Shown here piece by piece: positions 38,142-52,264 of a DNA stretch of 64,000 nucleotides. Numbering within the stretch: position 1 is the stretch's first letter; each line of letters begins with the position of its first letter. A program made the position numbers and the translations under genes. The stretch spans positions 49,600,001 through 49,664,000 of the forward strand of contig NC_135823.1 in the NCBI RefSeq assembly GCF_964213995.1. Reading direction: 5' to 3'. The notes under the pieces are model-generated. The model was given only the letters and a program-made list of their open reading frames with translations. It searched no databases and was not told where the DNA came from. The DNA comes from Mustelus asterias (taxonomy: Eukaryota).

Positions 38142-39353
38142 CTTTGTAATATCAACCAGCTTCCCTTCATTAGTGTAACTGGGACATCCTTGGAATCTAG
38201 GAATGGGTGAAGTCAGTACTCCTCCATTGTCGTTTTCAGTTGGATTTGTTTCTGATCCTCTTGACATCAGAATGCTGACTGCACAAAGCAAGCTTGTCTG
38301 AGACATGGGGGGTGGGTGCAGGGGGCATCTCTTGTTTTAGTTAAACTTCCTTGAACGTTGGGGTCAAGATGAAGTGAAGTCAGGGCTGGGGAATAGTTGT
38401 GCATTGAATGTTCACCTTCTGGTTGTGGTGTTGCTGAATGGGGTGAAGCTCCTTTTAATGTGCCTCACAACCACTCCCTGATGTTTCTAATTGTATGACT
38501 GGCACGCTTGTTCCCAAGTTGGTGCATTGGGCAGCTGGATGGTGACTACACCAGGCTGAATTGTCATGCTGAATCCACATAGCCACTGACCCACAGGAGA
38601 CTTCCATTCTATTGACTTTTTAAAAAAGGACATTGTTAGCAAGGCTGGTGTTCATGGCCCATACCTAGTTGCCCCGAGAAGGTGGTGGGATTTCTTCTTT
38701 GACTGTTGCATGCAACATTTTGATATGTGTCTTGCTGGGCAACTAGGTTGGTGTGGAACTGGAGTCAACAAACCAGGTAAGGACGGCAGGAGGCACCAGT
38801 GAGTCAGTTAGGGTTTTGGACAATTTCACAACTTCATGGACTCTTCTTTATTTTCAAATTCTCAAAATGCGATGGTGGGATTTGAACTTGTATTTTCTGA
38901 GTTATTAGTGCACACAAGCGCACACCCCTCAAATCTGCATTTGATGTATCAGGAGTTGAGTTGGTGGTAATACGGTTTGGAGTTGTATTGATCATAGAAA
39001 CATAGAAGATAGGAACATGAGGCCATTTGGCCCTTTGAGCCTGCTCCGTCATTCATCACGATAATGGCTGATTCAATAGCCTAATGCTGCTTTCTCCCCA
39101 TAATCTTTGATCCCATTCGCCCCAAGTGCTATATCCAGCCGCCTCTTGAATACATTCAATGTTTTGGCATCAACTACTTCCTGTGGTAATTAATTCCAAA
39201 GGCTCACCACTCTTTGGGTGAAGAAATGTTGCCTCAACTCCATCCTAAATGGTCTACCTCGAACACTCAGACTGTGACCCCTGGTTCTGGACTCCCCCAC
39301 CATTGGGAACCTCATCCCCACATCAACCATTTTCGCCTCTCTCTCTCCCGCAG

Positions 39354-39530
39354 GACTTGCCATGTTGGATGGCTTTGTTTTCGCCGTGGGGGGCTGGGAA
39401 GGATCATCGAGACTAGATTCTGTGGAATGCTATAATCCCCACACAAACACCTGGCACTTCCTGGAATCCATGAAGATGGCAGTGACAAGTCCGGCTGTGG
39501 TGGCTCTTCATGGACTCTTGTATGTAGCAG
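39354..39530 (+). CDS. KLHL-family coding exon 5 (kelch)
   Basis: GLAMLDGFVFAVGGWEGSSRLDSVECYNPHTNTWHFLESMKMAVTSPAVVALHGLLYVA; gcag/gtaaaa. Confidence 0.93.
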
Positions 39531-40044
39531 GTAAAATAAATTGATATTTATTGTAAGGTGTGGGACATAGTTTGGTAGGTCTTTAAGGTATACATAGACT
39601 TGTGTAGTTCAAGAGTTAATAGTTATTAACTACTAGAAATTATAGATGTAGCAAAGGTCCAAACCAGGAGCTGTCTCCATGCGTTCTGTCCGATCATGCG
39701 TAGGGGAGTCAGTTAGCTCAGTTGGCCAGATAGTTGGTTCATGATGCTGAGCGACGCCAACAGTGCAGGTTCAATTCCTGTACCGGCTGAAGTTATTCAT
39801 GAAGGCCCCACCTTCTCAACCTTCAATCACCACCAGTCAGCTCTGTCTAAGGGGAGAACAGCCGATGCTTCTCTGGGACTGTGGCACCATTTCATTTTCT
39901 CTTGCACTCTGTGGGTGATACTCAGTTGTACGTCAACTCTGTGGCCCATATACGATATTATTCTGATCCCTGTTGGACTCAGCAGTGATAGTAACCTCAT
40001 TGCGTGAAGTTATTTAAAAAAAACAAAGGACTTGCTTTTTCAAG

Positions 40045-40520
40045 ACTCTGTATTTCATTGGCTGCAAATCGCCTGGACTGCACCGCCTTTTTCAGTTATC
40101 TAAAAAATCTTTTGCTACAGTTTTGTTTGCACTTCAGTCCCACACTCCTGATCTACGGGCACTTGGTGTGGAGCGCGACAGGGCAGGAGGAGGACCTCCT
40201 CATTAACCTGGGTCTGGCTAAACCCATCATCGCTCGGTCCAGGCAGCAGGTGATTGAAGGGGTTGTCTGACCCTCTACCATGGCTACTTCCATGGCTGGA
40301 TGTCCCTGGGGAGCATGCAGTGTCCAGTGGCACCATCGAGACCTTCCGCACCCCTTGAACACCCCAGGGACTGAGGTGACTTACCGATCCCTTTAAAAAC
40401 ATTTTAGTAAGATGTTTTAAGTTTTTCCATTTGTAATATTTCTTTTAATGAAGGCAGTATCCCTTTAAGGGGCTGTTCTTTTTACCTCGTCCCTCAATTT
40501 GGTTTAATTGGTTTATCCAA
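40045..40520 (+). mobile_element. Tx1/L1-clade LINE 3' fragment
   Basis: FSYLKNLLLQFCLHFSPTLLIYGH...DLLINLGLAKPIIARSRQ resembles a Tx1 ORF2 C-terminus. Confidence 0.55.
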
Positions 40521-41160
40521 AAGAGTTGGAACCCGTGTCTGACCACTGTTGTGATATAAGTTTTGGACCAGTTTGCTCATAGCAAGTTCCCACAATGGTG
40601 AGTTACCATTTTCCTCAACTGGTTGGAGGTTATTTGGGGTGAGATTTTCCAGCACCCCAGTTCTTGCAAAAGTGGCCCATTTCCTGGTTTGTCTTTTTTA
40701 TAATTGGTTGGCTGTTGACCAAGTTTTGCCTCCTCTGGATAGAGTAAAGGCAGATTGTGGAGAGTTGAAGAGACAACATGGGGGGATTTGGATATTATGC
40801 ACCTTTTTAGTTATGAAGCTTCCATCCACCTTTACCTCTGTGTGTCTTTGTGCCCTTTGGCCAATGGACAAGATAGATTTGAACACTCCTGTGAAATCTG
40901 TTGCCGATTTTTGGTCATGTTTTTGACTTCAGTGTTGAACATTGGAGGCTGAGGTATGTGGTGTGAGGGGAAACAGCACTCCCGCTGGCTGAAACAAAAA
41001 TAGCATCAGTTTTCACATTAATGAGTTGGACATTTATCTGGGACAAATGGGGATGGAAGGAAACGTTTGCAGGAAAAAACGACCAGTACTACAAATTTGA
41101 ATACTTGAAGGTTTGTTGAAGTTGGTGAAATGTGGTGGCTAATGAGGTTTGCCTTTGCAG

Positions 41161-41307
41161 GGGGAGCAGTGTTAGAGGATGGCGATGGGATGGATCTGGT
41201 TCAAGTGTACAACCCTAAAGTCGACTCCTGGTTCGAGGTGGCTCCAATGCAGATTCCACGCTCTGGTTCAGCTGCCTGTGTCCTCCAAGGAAAGATTTAT
41301 GTCATTG
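41161..41307 (+). CDS. KLHL-family coding exon 6 (kelch)
   Basis: GGAVLEDGDGMDLVQVYNPKVDSWFEVAPMQIPRSGSAACVLQGKIYVI; gcag/gtaaga. Confidence 0.93.
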
Positions 41308-43164
41308 GTAAGAAGTGAGAAAAGATTATCTGTATTTCGATCGCCCCCTTCAGACCTTGTGTCCCAGAGCACAATATGGCCAAGTACTCGCAAAGGCTCC
41401 TTCGTCCAACGTCCCTGTGCTCACTGGCTCCCTGTTTGGCATTACCTCCATTTTTAACATTTTCAGCCTTTCCTTCAAGTCCCTTCATCTTGTCTCTCTT
41501 ACCCAACCCTCCCGGATCTCTCTGCTCTCCATTCTTGATCTCTTTCAGATCCCTAATTTACTGGTTTTCATCACTGCACCATTGGTGGCTGTACCTTCAC
41601 CTGCCTAGTTCCTAAGCCTTGCAATTCCTTCCTCAATCCCCTCTCATCTTTAACTTGCTCCTCAAAACCTACCTCTTTGATCAAACTTGGGCCACCTATC
41701 TAATATCTCCTTTTATGAGGCCTGATAATTCTCTTGCAAAGTGCTTAGATGACAGCATAAGAAGCAGGAGTTAGCCATTTGGCCCCTCGACCCTACTCCA
41801 CCATTCAATAAGATCATAGCTGATCCGGTTATGGTCTCAACTCCACTTTCCCGCCTACCTGTCTCCCATAACTCTTGACTCCCTTGTTGGCTAAAAGTCT
41901 TGTCATTCAGCCTTCAATATATTCATAGAGCCAACCTCCCCTGCTCTCTGTGGAAGAGAATTCGAAACATTAATGACCCTCAGAAGAAATTCCTCTTCTG
42001 TCTTATTTTGAACCTGTTTCCCCACTCCCATGAAGGGAAGCATTCTCTCAGCATCCACCCTTTTGAGCTCCGTCAGAATCTTGCATGTTTCAATAAGATG
42101 TTAAAGGTGCTGCATAAATGCAAGTTATTGTTGCTGTTGACTCCAAAATCATAAGTGCAGTTCCATCATATTGATTTTTAAGTACGAACAAGAAAACTGG
42201 TGTAAAATCAACAGTTATCTGAATCCAGTACAATCCAATTGATTTGGATCAGACTTTATACACAACTGTACTGTTTAATGTTGTCCCATTGTAGTTTTAA
42301 AAAATTCTTTCTTGGGACGTGGGCAGCATTGGCGAAGCCAGCATTTATTGTTGCAGCTGAGAGTTGACCACTGTTGTGGGTCTGGAGTTGCATGTAGGCC
42401 AGACTGGGTAAGGATGGCAGATTTCCCTCCCTAAAGGACATTAGTGAGCCAGTTGGGCTTTGACAATCGAACAAACAATGATAAGTCTCAATAATGGTGA
42501 CCATGCAACTCCCAGATTTATTAATTGAATTTCAGTTTCACCAGCTGCCACCGTGGGATTTGAACCCCCTTTTCCCAGACCATTAGCCTGGGCCTCTGGA
42601 TTATTAGTCCAGTGACGTTACCACTAAGCCACTGTCTCTCCTAGATTACGATCAGCTGCATTATAATCTTGCTACATTGATTTGGGAAGAACTGTTATGT
42701 TGCTTGTCTACGAAAAACCTGGGGTAGGAATGTTTGGGAGGGTGAATCTGATGATGATGGTGCATTTTGGAGATGGAATTGGCAGACTACAGCCTGCAAG
42801 AGGTGTGTGTATCTTTGAGTGTTAGTGGTAAGGTTGGTAGGTATTGCTCACCCTTGGTTACCATGAGGAGGTGGTGGTGAGCCTCCTCGAACTGTCGGGG
42901 AGGAGAATTGTAGTTTCTTGGAATGTGCCCTCTGGTTAAGGGAGCCGGGTTAAGTTAACACTGGTAAACTGCTCCATGCCATTGTGCTCTTCTATGTGAT
43001 TGGCTTGGTGCTATAGAGTGGATCCAACACAAACTGTGCCTGGCAGAAAGGTTGGGGAAGGGTTAATGCCCTCTCCTGGATGGTAACAGTGGGAGTGAGG
43101 TACTTGTGTTTGGGAAATGACAATAAACATGCTGAGTGTGCAAGTTAATGCATCCCCGCTCCAG

Positions 43165-43330
43165 GTGGCTGGCACGCTTCGACGGAGAACACCGATAAGG
43201 TGGAGCAGTATGACCCCAAGACCAACACATGGAAGATGTGCGCCCCCATGAACGAGAGACGCTACCGGCCAGGGGTGGCTGTGATTGATGGCAAGATCTA
43301 TGTATTGGGAGGAGAAGAAGGGTGGGATCG
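43165..43330 (+). CDS. KLHL-family coding exon 7 (kelch)
   Basis: GGWHASTENTDKVEQYDPKTNTWKMCAPMNERRYRPGVAVIDGKIYVLGGEEGWDR; ccag/gtacgt. Confidence 0.93.
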
Positions 43331-43805
43331 GTACGTGCAAGCAGTCCCATCATTGAATTAAATAATTGTTGATCTGTATTGTAGTGATTCAGCCAAACCC
43401 CAGTTTCCCACTCCATGAAGCCCATGAGGAGATCTATTGATAATCCCCTATGGCCTCCATGACCATCATAACACGTATCTTAGACCATTTATCTGCCTTG
43501 GTTCAGTTTTGTAACTGTTAACACCCTTGTCCAACAAAAATCTATCACACTCGGCTTTAAATGGAGGAGAAAGTTCCAAATTTCATCTATCCTTTGTAAA
43601 CTTGGAAACTGGCTTAGTTTATGTCTGGCAACACTGAACTAGAACCAAAATGGATAACCTCTCGCTTATCCATGTTAAACTCCCATTTGTCAAATTTTGC
43701 TCCTTCACTTAACCTGTCCATTTGCAAATTTCTTATTTAATTATCGCAACTTGCTATCCCACCTATTTTAGTGCCATCTACAAATTTGGCCAAGTCATTA
43801 ATGTA

Positions 43806-45062
43806 CATAGAACATAGAACAGTACAGCACAGAACAGGCCCTTCGGCCCATGATGTTGTGCCGAGCTTTGTCTGAAACCCAGATCAAGCTATTTCCTCCC
43901 TATCATCCCGAAGTACTCCATGTGCCGATCCAATAGCTTCTTAAATGTTTCTAAAGTTTCTGACTCCACTATCACTGCAGGCAGTCCATTCCACACCCCA
44001 ACCACTCTGAGTAAAAAACCTACCTCGGACATCCTTCCTATAATTCCCACCATGAACCCTATAGTTATGCCCCCTGGTTACCGCTCCATTCACCCGAGGA
44101 AATAGTCTTTGAACGTTCACTCTATCTATCCCCCTCATCATCTTATAAACCTCTATCAAGTCTCCTCTCAACCTCCTCCGCTCCAAAGAGAAAAGCCCAA
44201 GTTCCCTCAACCTTTCCTCATAAGACCTACCCTCCAAACCAGGCAGCATCCTGGTAAATCACCTTTGCACTCTTTCCAGTGTCTCCACATCCTTCTTGTA
44301 GTGAGGTGACCAGAACTGCACACAATATTCCAAATGTGGTCTCACCAAGGTCCTGTACAGTTGCAGCATAACCCCACGGCTCTTAAACTCAAACCCCCTG
44401 TTAATGAACGCCAACACACTATAGGCCTTCTTCATGGCTCTATCCACTTGAGTGGCAACCTTCAGAGATCTATGGATGTGAACCCCAAGATCTCTCTGTT
44501 CCTCCACATTCTTCAGAACCCTACCTTTGACCCTGTAATCCACATTTAAATTTGTCCTACCAAAATGAATCACCTCGCATTTGTCAGGGTTAAACTCCAT
44601 TTGCCATTTTTCAGCCCATCTCTGCATCCTATCTATATCTCTTTGCAGCCTACAACAGCCCTCCACCTCATCCACTACTCCACCAATCTTGGTGTCATCA
44701 GCAAATTTACTGATCCACCCTTTAGCCCCCTCCAAGTCATTTATAAAAATTACAAATAGCAGAGGATCAAGCACTGATCCCTGTGGCACTCCGCTGGTAA
44801 CCGGTTTCCAGTCCGAAAATTTTCCATCCACCACTACCCTCTGTCTTCTGTTAGATAGCCAGTTACCTATCCAATCGGCCAAACTTCCCTCTATCCCACA
44901 CATCCTTACTTTCTTCATAAGCCGACCGTGGGGGACTTTATCAAACGCCTTACTAAAATCCATGTATATGACATCAACTGCACTACCTTCATCTACACTC
45001 TTAGTTACCTCCTCAAAAAATTCTATCAAATTTGTGAGGCAAGACTTGCCCTTCACAAATCC
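43806..45062 (-). mobile_element. Young CR1/HER1-type LINE 3' part (RT) nested in an older CR1
   Basis: GFVKGKSCLTNLIEFFE, DFSKAFDKVPH, SGVPQGSVL, KFADDTK, RPHLEYCVQFWSP; (atgttct)n tail; flanks (about 43660-46520) are a more diverged CR1. Confidence 0.92.
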
Positions 45063-46942
45063 AATGGAGATTGTAAATAGTTGGGGCCTGAGGACCAAAC
45101 TCTGTGGCATCCCACTAGATACATTTTGCCAACCAGAAAAAGGCCCATTTATTCCAACTTTCTGTTGTTAGTCAATCCTCTATCCAAGCTAATAAATTAC
45201 CCCTAATCCCATGTGAATGGATGTTGTGTGTTAACTTTGTGTGGGACCTTATCAAATGCCTTTTGGAAGTCCTGATATACTACATCGACAGGATCCCCAT
45301 TATCCGCCTTGCTGATTACATCTTCGAAGCAACAAATTAGTCAAACATGATTTATCCTTCATAAAACCGTGCTGACTCTAATAGATTGCATTTTGAATAT
45401 CCTGCTATTACTTCCTTAATAATGGATTCTAACAATTTCCCAATGAAAATGTTAAACTAATTTGGCTACATTTTGCATCCCTCCCTTCGAATAAGGGCAT
45501 TATGTTAGCATTTTTCCAATCCACTGGAACCTTTCCTGCATCCAAAGAATTTTGGAATATTGTAACCAATGTTTCCACTATCTCAAATGCCACTTCCTTA
45601 AGACCCTAGGATGTAGGCCATCAGGCCTTGGGGACTTGCCTGTCTTCAATCCTAATAGTTTGCTAAGTACTTTTCCCTGGTGGTGATGGTTCCAAGTTCC
45701 TCCCTTTCTATAACCTCTGCATTTTCTGTTACTACTGGGATGGTACTCGTATCCTCCTGTGAAAACTAGTCCCTCGATCCAACTCCTCAAATACAAACCC
45801 CACTGGGAACCATGACTGAAACTTCAAGATAATTAATGGATTGGTTGTGAAGTGCTTTGATGTGGAAGGGCCTTTTTTTTTGCTGCATCTGGAGAAGAGT
45901 TAACATTAGAATGATTTAGTGTTTCAGCCATGTCTGCGCTCCCCACTATAAACTCCCCAGCCTCATCTTCCAGGGGACCAACATTCACTTTAGCTACTGT
46001 CTTCTCTTTTCCTTTATATACTTATAGAAGCTTTTGCTGTCCCTTTTTATATTTTGCACTTCCATAATTTACCTTTGCTCTTTTACTTTTTTAATGACCC
46101 TTTGTTGCTTAGCCATGGAAGTCTCTTCTCTTTCTCTCTTTCTCCCCCTCCGTCCCGGCATATTTAAGGAGATATTCAAGTCCTCCCAACCAAAATATAT
46201 TCCACTGTTGATCAACTGTCCTACCTTTTAGTCTTCCTGCCTAGTCCATAGGGCCAAATCTATCCTCATGTCTATGTAATTTCTTTTGTTCAAATCCAGA
46301 ATGTTAATGTGGGACTCCAGTTTATTGTCTCAAACTGAATTTGCAATTCTAGCATGCTATGATCACTCTTCCCTAAAGGATCCTTAACTGAGATCATTTA
46401 TTAGCCCTGCCTCACTATATAACACCAAATCTAGAATAGCCTACTCCCTGATTGGTTCCACATTTGCTCCAAAAAAATAATCACTAATATATTCCATGAA
46501 CTCTCCCTCCAGACCTCCCTTGCCAATTTGATTATTCTAGGCAATATGCAAGTTTTACTTCACAACCCTGCTCCAATCATTGTAGCACTAAAGGAGGCTG
46601 TTTGGCTCAACCAACCCACTCTGCTCTGGGCAGTCTGTCCCTTTCCCCTGCCCTATACTTGTAGCCCTGCAAATGCAGTTCCCTTGAGTCTGAGATTTAA
46701 TTTGTATTGCAACTTTCATTGTACATATAAATTCTAATTTGTTAGTAAGAGTGAAAGGGAATATGCTGATTGTACTTGATAAAATCCTCTGTTCACTGCA
46801 CAAACTGTGATCAAAGGAAAGGCTGCAACGCAATATTGTTTTGCTGATGTTTCTGATTAGCTGCAGAATTCCTCAAATGTCTCCTTTTAATCCAGTTTTA
46901 CTATGTGCAAAATAAGTAATCTCTCCCTTTTATTGTTTGCAG

Positions 46943-47102
46943 ATACCATGACACCATTGAGCAGTACAGTGAAGAAACAGGCAAATGGGAGATATTTGGA
47001 GAGATGCTTACAAGTCGCAGTTGGTTAAGTTGTGTTTCAGTGAAGATACAGAAAGATGCATGGCCCAGCCACACAGATGACCAAGAACATTGTGCGAATT
47101 GA
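46943..47102 (+). CDS. KLHL-family coding exon 8 (stop)
   Basis: YHDTIEQYSEETGKWEIFGEMLTSRSWLSCVSVKIQKDAWPSHTDDQEHCAN-TGA; exons sum to 1797 nt = 598 aa + stop. Confidence 0.92.
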
Positions 47103-49070
47103 TGCGTGAATCTCCCATACTCCCACAGATATGTGCCATTATCAGCAACCTTGTGTAAAGGCTGCCAACTGCAATTTGCAAAATCAATATGTGAAATCTT
47201 AAAAGGGACAGCTAGTTAAACCAGGTGGTCACTCTCAGAAGCGCACTGAGACTTGACTTTCAACATTGCAGCCCAGGTAGTAACCTGGTGGAGCGAGACA
47301 CAACCCTTTCATAAAACAGCCTGGATTTTGTAACATCTGTTTCCATATTGAAAACTGGGTGGTTCAATTTAACAATTGGGGGATCCAGGGAGGGGCAGGG
47401 AGGTGGGGGGGGCTCTTCGTCCAGCCCAGGTGGCAAGTTGAATGTTCCTTTCTGTTTTGTACAACCCAAAATCTCTGAAATGATTTGGCCTCCATTTGAG
47501 ATGAGTTGACCATATTTTCATGGCAATGATACCCACTCCCTTATTTGGCTACTCTTGCTCTGCAAACAATTTTGCCAATGAAGTCAATTATTATTGTGGG
47601 GTTTTTTTTTTTGCCCCAACCACTGCGCTTCCCACAAACCTCAAATTATGGTGGTGTTTCTGCTGATTGTCTCCTGTATTTTGTTCCAGTCCCTCGATCC
47701 AACTCCTCAAATACAAACCCCACTGGGAACCATGACTGAAACTTCAAGATAATTAATGGATTGGTTGTGAAGTGTTTTGATGTGGAAGGGCCTTTTTTTT
47801 TTTGCTGCATCTGGAGAAGAGTTAACGTTAGAATGATCTGACTCATTCCTTCCTACAGTAGCATCCAGATGCAGAATATGAATTTCTTTGCATTGTATTC
47901 TCCTGCACTCCTTGCAGGTGCTGCACATGCTCCGAGTCCAGTTGTTTTCAAGTCTTGAACCATCTAGTCTGCTGCAAGTTTACAGCTTCGGTTAAAATCT
48001 CTCCATTTGTCCAAGAGAATGTTTTCAAACTTGTTCTCGCTGCAAGAAAGACTCCACTGACATGGGTGCAAAATGTTGTCTCCCATACGTAAAATGAGTT
48101 TCAGTCCAGCATTAAGGAAAGCCAGCCTCTCTGGTTTCCCATACTACTAAATGTCACTCGATTGCAAACTGGTTCCAGTAAGTACTCATTGCAAATACTG
48201 GTTCTTTTTTCTCCCTGGATATTTTGATCACGATTGTCTCATCTATTTGGTCACTAAAATTTTTACATCAATGCTGACCTGATCTGTTTTTTGAGAGATG
48301 GAAGAGGTGAAGTAACTTGAAGGAAGGTGGGGGAAGAGGGCAATGCCCTCATGGGTCACACTGCAAAGAAGGTTTCTTAAAATTTGAACCAAGTTAGCTG
48401 ATTCCTGTGACATTGGTTAGGAATGTCCCAGTTGTTCATTGTGCCTTGGGTTTAGAAAAGATTTCTGCTCCTGCTCTCTCTACGGCTGCCCCTTCTAGAG
48501 GTTGGTGTGCCCACTTGACTGAGTATTGACCAGATTATTATTTGGCAGTTGGCCATAAGATAGCCTACTTGTTGTACACTACATGGAGGTATCAGTTTGC
48601 TGCTACCCTTTCGAACTATACCTCCAGAAGGAAACTAACTCTAATGTGGGGGAGGAGTTGGGGAATGCACTTTAGAAACTGCTAGAATAGGGGTTGGTTT
48701 ATAATGGCTGTTGTGATTCAATTCTCTGCTCTCCTCCTTCCTCACCCCGCTGTTTTAATGTGCTTCTGTCAGCTAACTGAAAAACAGTGCATCGTTCACA
48801 AATCCTGGAAGTGTTGACAAATTATTCAGGATTTTAACACTTGATCAGATTTAACCTTCCAAATAAATTTGTGCTTTAAAAGCTTCATGTTATTGCATTG
48901 AACAGTGCTGTGCTTAAAGATTATAATCCCAAATTATGCAATAAATATATTGTAGCTGTAACTTGTATAACCCTATGGGTTTTTAAAGATCTGTTCAAAT
49001 GTGCAGAATGCTTTTGTATTTCAGTATGTAACTAAAACTGTTAAATCATTTCATGCAAATATTGATGCAT

Positions 49071-49076
49071 AATAAA
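49071..49076 (+). terminator. Candidate polyadenylation signal of the KLHL-family gene
   Basis: AATAAA at the end of about 2 kb of repeat-poor, AU-rich 3' UTR-like sequence, just before repeats resume. Confidence 0.55.
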
Positions 49077-51854
49077 ATTTTGTATTAAAATATTTTCATT
49101 GCTAATGCAATCAGATGTTTGAAACTGCAGCATGCTCTACCACAATCTACAAGGCACAAGTCAGGAGTGTGATGGAATATTCTACTTGTCTGCGTGGTTG
49201 CAGCTCCAACACAAGTTCAATGCCATCCAGGACAAAGCAGCCTGCTTGTTGGCACCTCCCACCAGTGATGCAGTGTGTACCTTTTTACAAGGGGTAAATT
49301 CTCCAAGACTCCTGTCACATAAAAAGAAAAATTCTTCCCCCTCCAAGTCACACACCTTGGAAATGTATCACCATTCAGTGTCACTTGGCATACCCTTCTG
49401 TGCTCCCTGAAAGATTATCAATCCCTAAGCACCTTATTTAAAATCTTCCTGCTAACCTAATTTCCTCTTAGGTTGTAGGCTTCTGATTATAGCCTCTTGT
49501 GCCTTCTACTGCCTGGATTATAGTCTGGAATTCGCTCCATTACTTTCCCCATCTGCTTCATCATTTAAAATCCTCAAATTTATGGTACAGGCCATTTGAC
49601 CCATCATGTGCACACCTGCCAAACAATCCACCTAATCCTGCTGTCCAGCTTTTGACCCACATCCCGTAACATGTGGAAATTCCAATGTATATCCAAGTAT
49701 TTTGTTTTAAATTAATTTCTGCCACTACCATCCCCTCAATTTGAATGAAAATAATTCGACTCCCCTAATCTTGCTGTTAATTATTTTAAATCTATGCTGT
49801 GTGGGTATTGAAGGGAAATTCCACACAATTAAATCTATTCTCCATTGTTCCAAAAACTACACCCTATCCAAACTTTCCATGTGACCATGTTTTGATTCTG
49901 GTATCAACTCCTTTCTACCTTCTACTTAAAACCCAGTTTTGTTACCCTCCAAGGCTATGTCCTTTAGATTCTAAACAGGAATAGATTTCTATATAAATGA
50001 AGTGTATTGCATCTCTACCACCTAACTTTTATCCAGTTATGCCAACTTGGCAGGACATTGAAGTGGCTGATTGCACACTTATTTGTTCATGGGATAGGGG
50101 CATCACTGGCTGGGTTGGTATTCATTATTGCTGTGGATCTGGAGTCACATGTAGGCCAGACAAGGTATGGACAACAGATTTTCTTCCCTAAACTAGATGG
50201 GTTTTTAATGATAATTGACAATGGTTTCATGGTCATTAAACTTGATTCTAGATGTTTATTGAATTTCCCAAAGGTAGGGGAGTCTAAACCTGAAGGGGAG
50301 AGATACAAAAGTGTCCAGAGGGGCAATCTTTTCATAGAGGGTGGTGTGTCTAGAACAAGCTGCCATAGTAGTAGAGGTGGGTACAATTGTCTTTTAAAAA
50401 GCATTTAGACAGTTACATGGGTATAGGGGATATGGGCCAAATGCAGGCAATTGGGATTAGCTTAGGGGTTTAAAAATAAGGATGGCATGGACAAGCTGAG
50501 CCAAAGGGCCTGTTTCCATGCTGTAAACCTCCATGACTGGCTCAATTTCACCATCTGCTATGGTGGGATTTGAACCTTGATCCCCAGAGCATTACCCAGA
50601 ATCTTTAGATTACTAGTCCAGTGACAAAACCACTAGGCCACAGCCTCCTGCTCAAAAACATTTTGAATTGCTTTGTGAAGAAGCCAAACACCACTTCTTC
50701 TGGTCCTATTCTTAGACTCTATGATCCTTTGCACTGCTGTCATCATACATGATCATAGCTGATCCTCCCAACCCCCACCCCATAATCCTTCAACTTCCAG
50801 ACACAAAGGCTGTCACTTGGCCTTAAATATATTCAAAAATGAAGCTTTCACAATCTTCAGTGAAAAAAATTCCACCTCATCTTGGTCCTAATGATTGATT
50901 CTCTACCCAGAGATTGTGCTTTTATGGTCTATATTCCTCAATCAGCAGAAGCAACCTGCCTACCCTGTCGAGCCCCTTCAGAATCTAGCATGTTTCAACA
51001 AGATCACTTCCACATTCTTAACACCAGAGCATAGGTTCAGTTTACTCTCAAGTATCAATCAAGTGAACCCTCACTGTTGGACAAGTGAAAAATCCCTTAC
51101 CGATAGCATCCTTAAATTGTATTACAATGTCTAGTTTGTGGTAGGTAAGCAAGTACACATTGGTGCCTTTTCTAGACTCAATGCACTTGGTGCTATTAGT
51201 AAAGCAACAACTATCTTCACATTTCCCATTCTGATCACATTTAGTGCATGGCAGCATAGTGATTACATTGCTGGACCAAACTGAATGACAGCACAGGCTC
51301 AAAAGCCTACTGCTTCTACAGTTCTATGACTAATACTCTGGACTCAAACCCCATCATAGGAATGTAAATTCAGTTAAATAATTTATGAAAAAGGTTTAAA
51401 TCAGTATTGATGACCATAAAACTAAAAGACTCAAATCCACTAATGTATTTTAGAAAGGGGGAATCTGTCACCTTATCCAGCCTGGTCTACACTGCCCTCT
51501 GAAATGACCCATTAAGGCTTATTAATGGTGGTTCACCTTAATAAATAAATTCTGGCTTTGGCAGCAGTAGCCACATTCCCCAATTGACTGAATCATTAGG
51601 TTGCATCTAAACCCAGTACCAATCACAGCCTTTGCCTGTATTTTAAACTGAAGTTTGTGCTAAATAGGCCAAAGGCTTACATTGAGGGGAGGATGAAGAT
51701 TTACCCTTTTGGATCAGAGATTGCTGACCTCTGGTAATCTGTACCAACATCTGAAATCAGTAAAGCTGAGTACTTTGTTATTCAGTGCCAGCCCAGCATT
51801 TAAAAGGCAAGTTTCAAGGGTATAAATCTTAGGCAGTATTCAGGAGAACAACTT

Positions 51855-51860
51855 TTTATT
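51855..51860 (-). terminator. Candidate SNU13 polyadenylation signal
   Basis: AATAAA on minus strand about 140 nt downstream of the stop. Confidence 0.6.
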
Positions 51861-52001
51861 CAAGAAATTAAAGTACATTACAAATGCGCCCTCTGAACAA
51901 TGACCATGTTCAAAAACAGTTTAGAAAAAAAGAAGGTACATGACTGATGGATGGAAGCCATTTCCTGTTCAGCCATTGAATATTCCACCAACTGTCACAA
52001 T

Positions 52002-52264
52002 TCAAACCAGTAAACGCTCAACTGCTTGTTGAACAGACTGAATCTGTGGCTTCAGCTGAGAGCCTTCCTTTATGGTAACGGAGGATGCAATGACTGGTCG
52101 ACACACCCCACACGCACGGCCCAGTGCCTGTTTAGACCTTACAAAAACGTACGGCACATTTTTGTCTTCACAGAGAAGAGGTAAATGAAGGATAATTTCC
52201 AATGGTTCAGCATCTGCAGCCATCACTATGAACTCAGCAATTCCTCTGTTCAAGGTCTTGGTGG
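52002..52264 (-). CDS. SNU13: SNU13/NHP2L1 (15.5K, U4 and box C/D RNA-binding protein) exon 3
   Basis: [87 protein letters not shown]-stop. Confidence 0.97.

Noticed and set aside
44259-45110. 283-aa RT ORF as a host gene
   Set aside because: 5'-truncated CR1 LINE; its apparent N-terminus comes from the older LINE it inserted into
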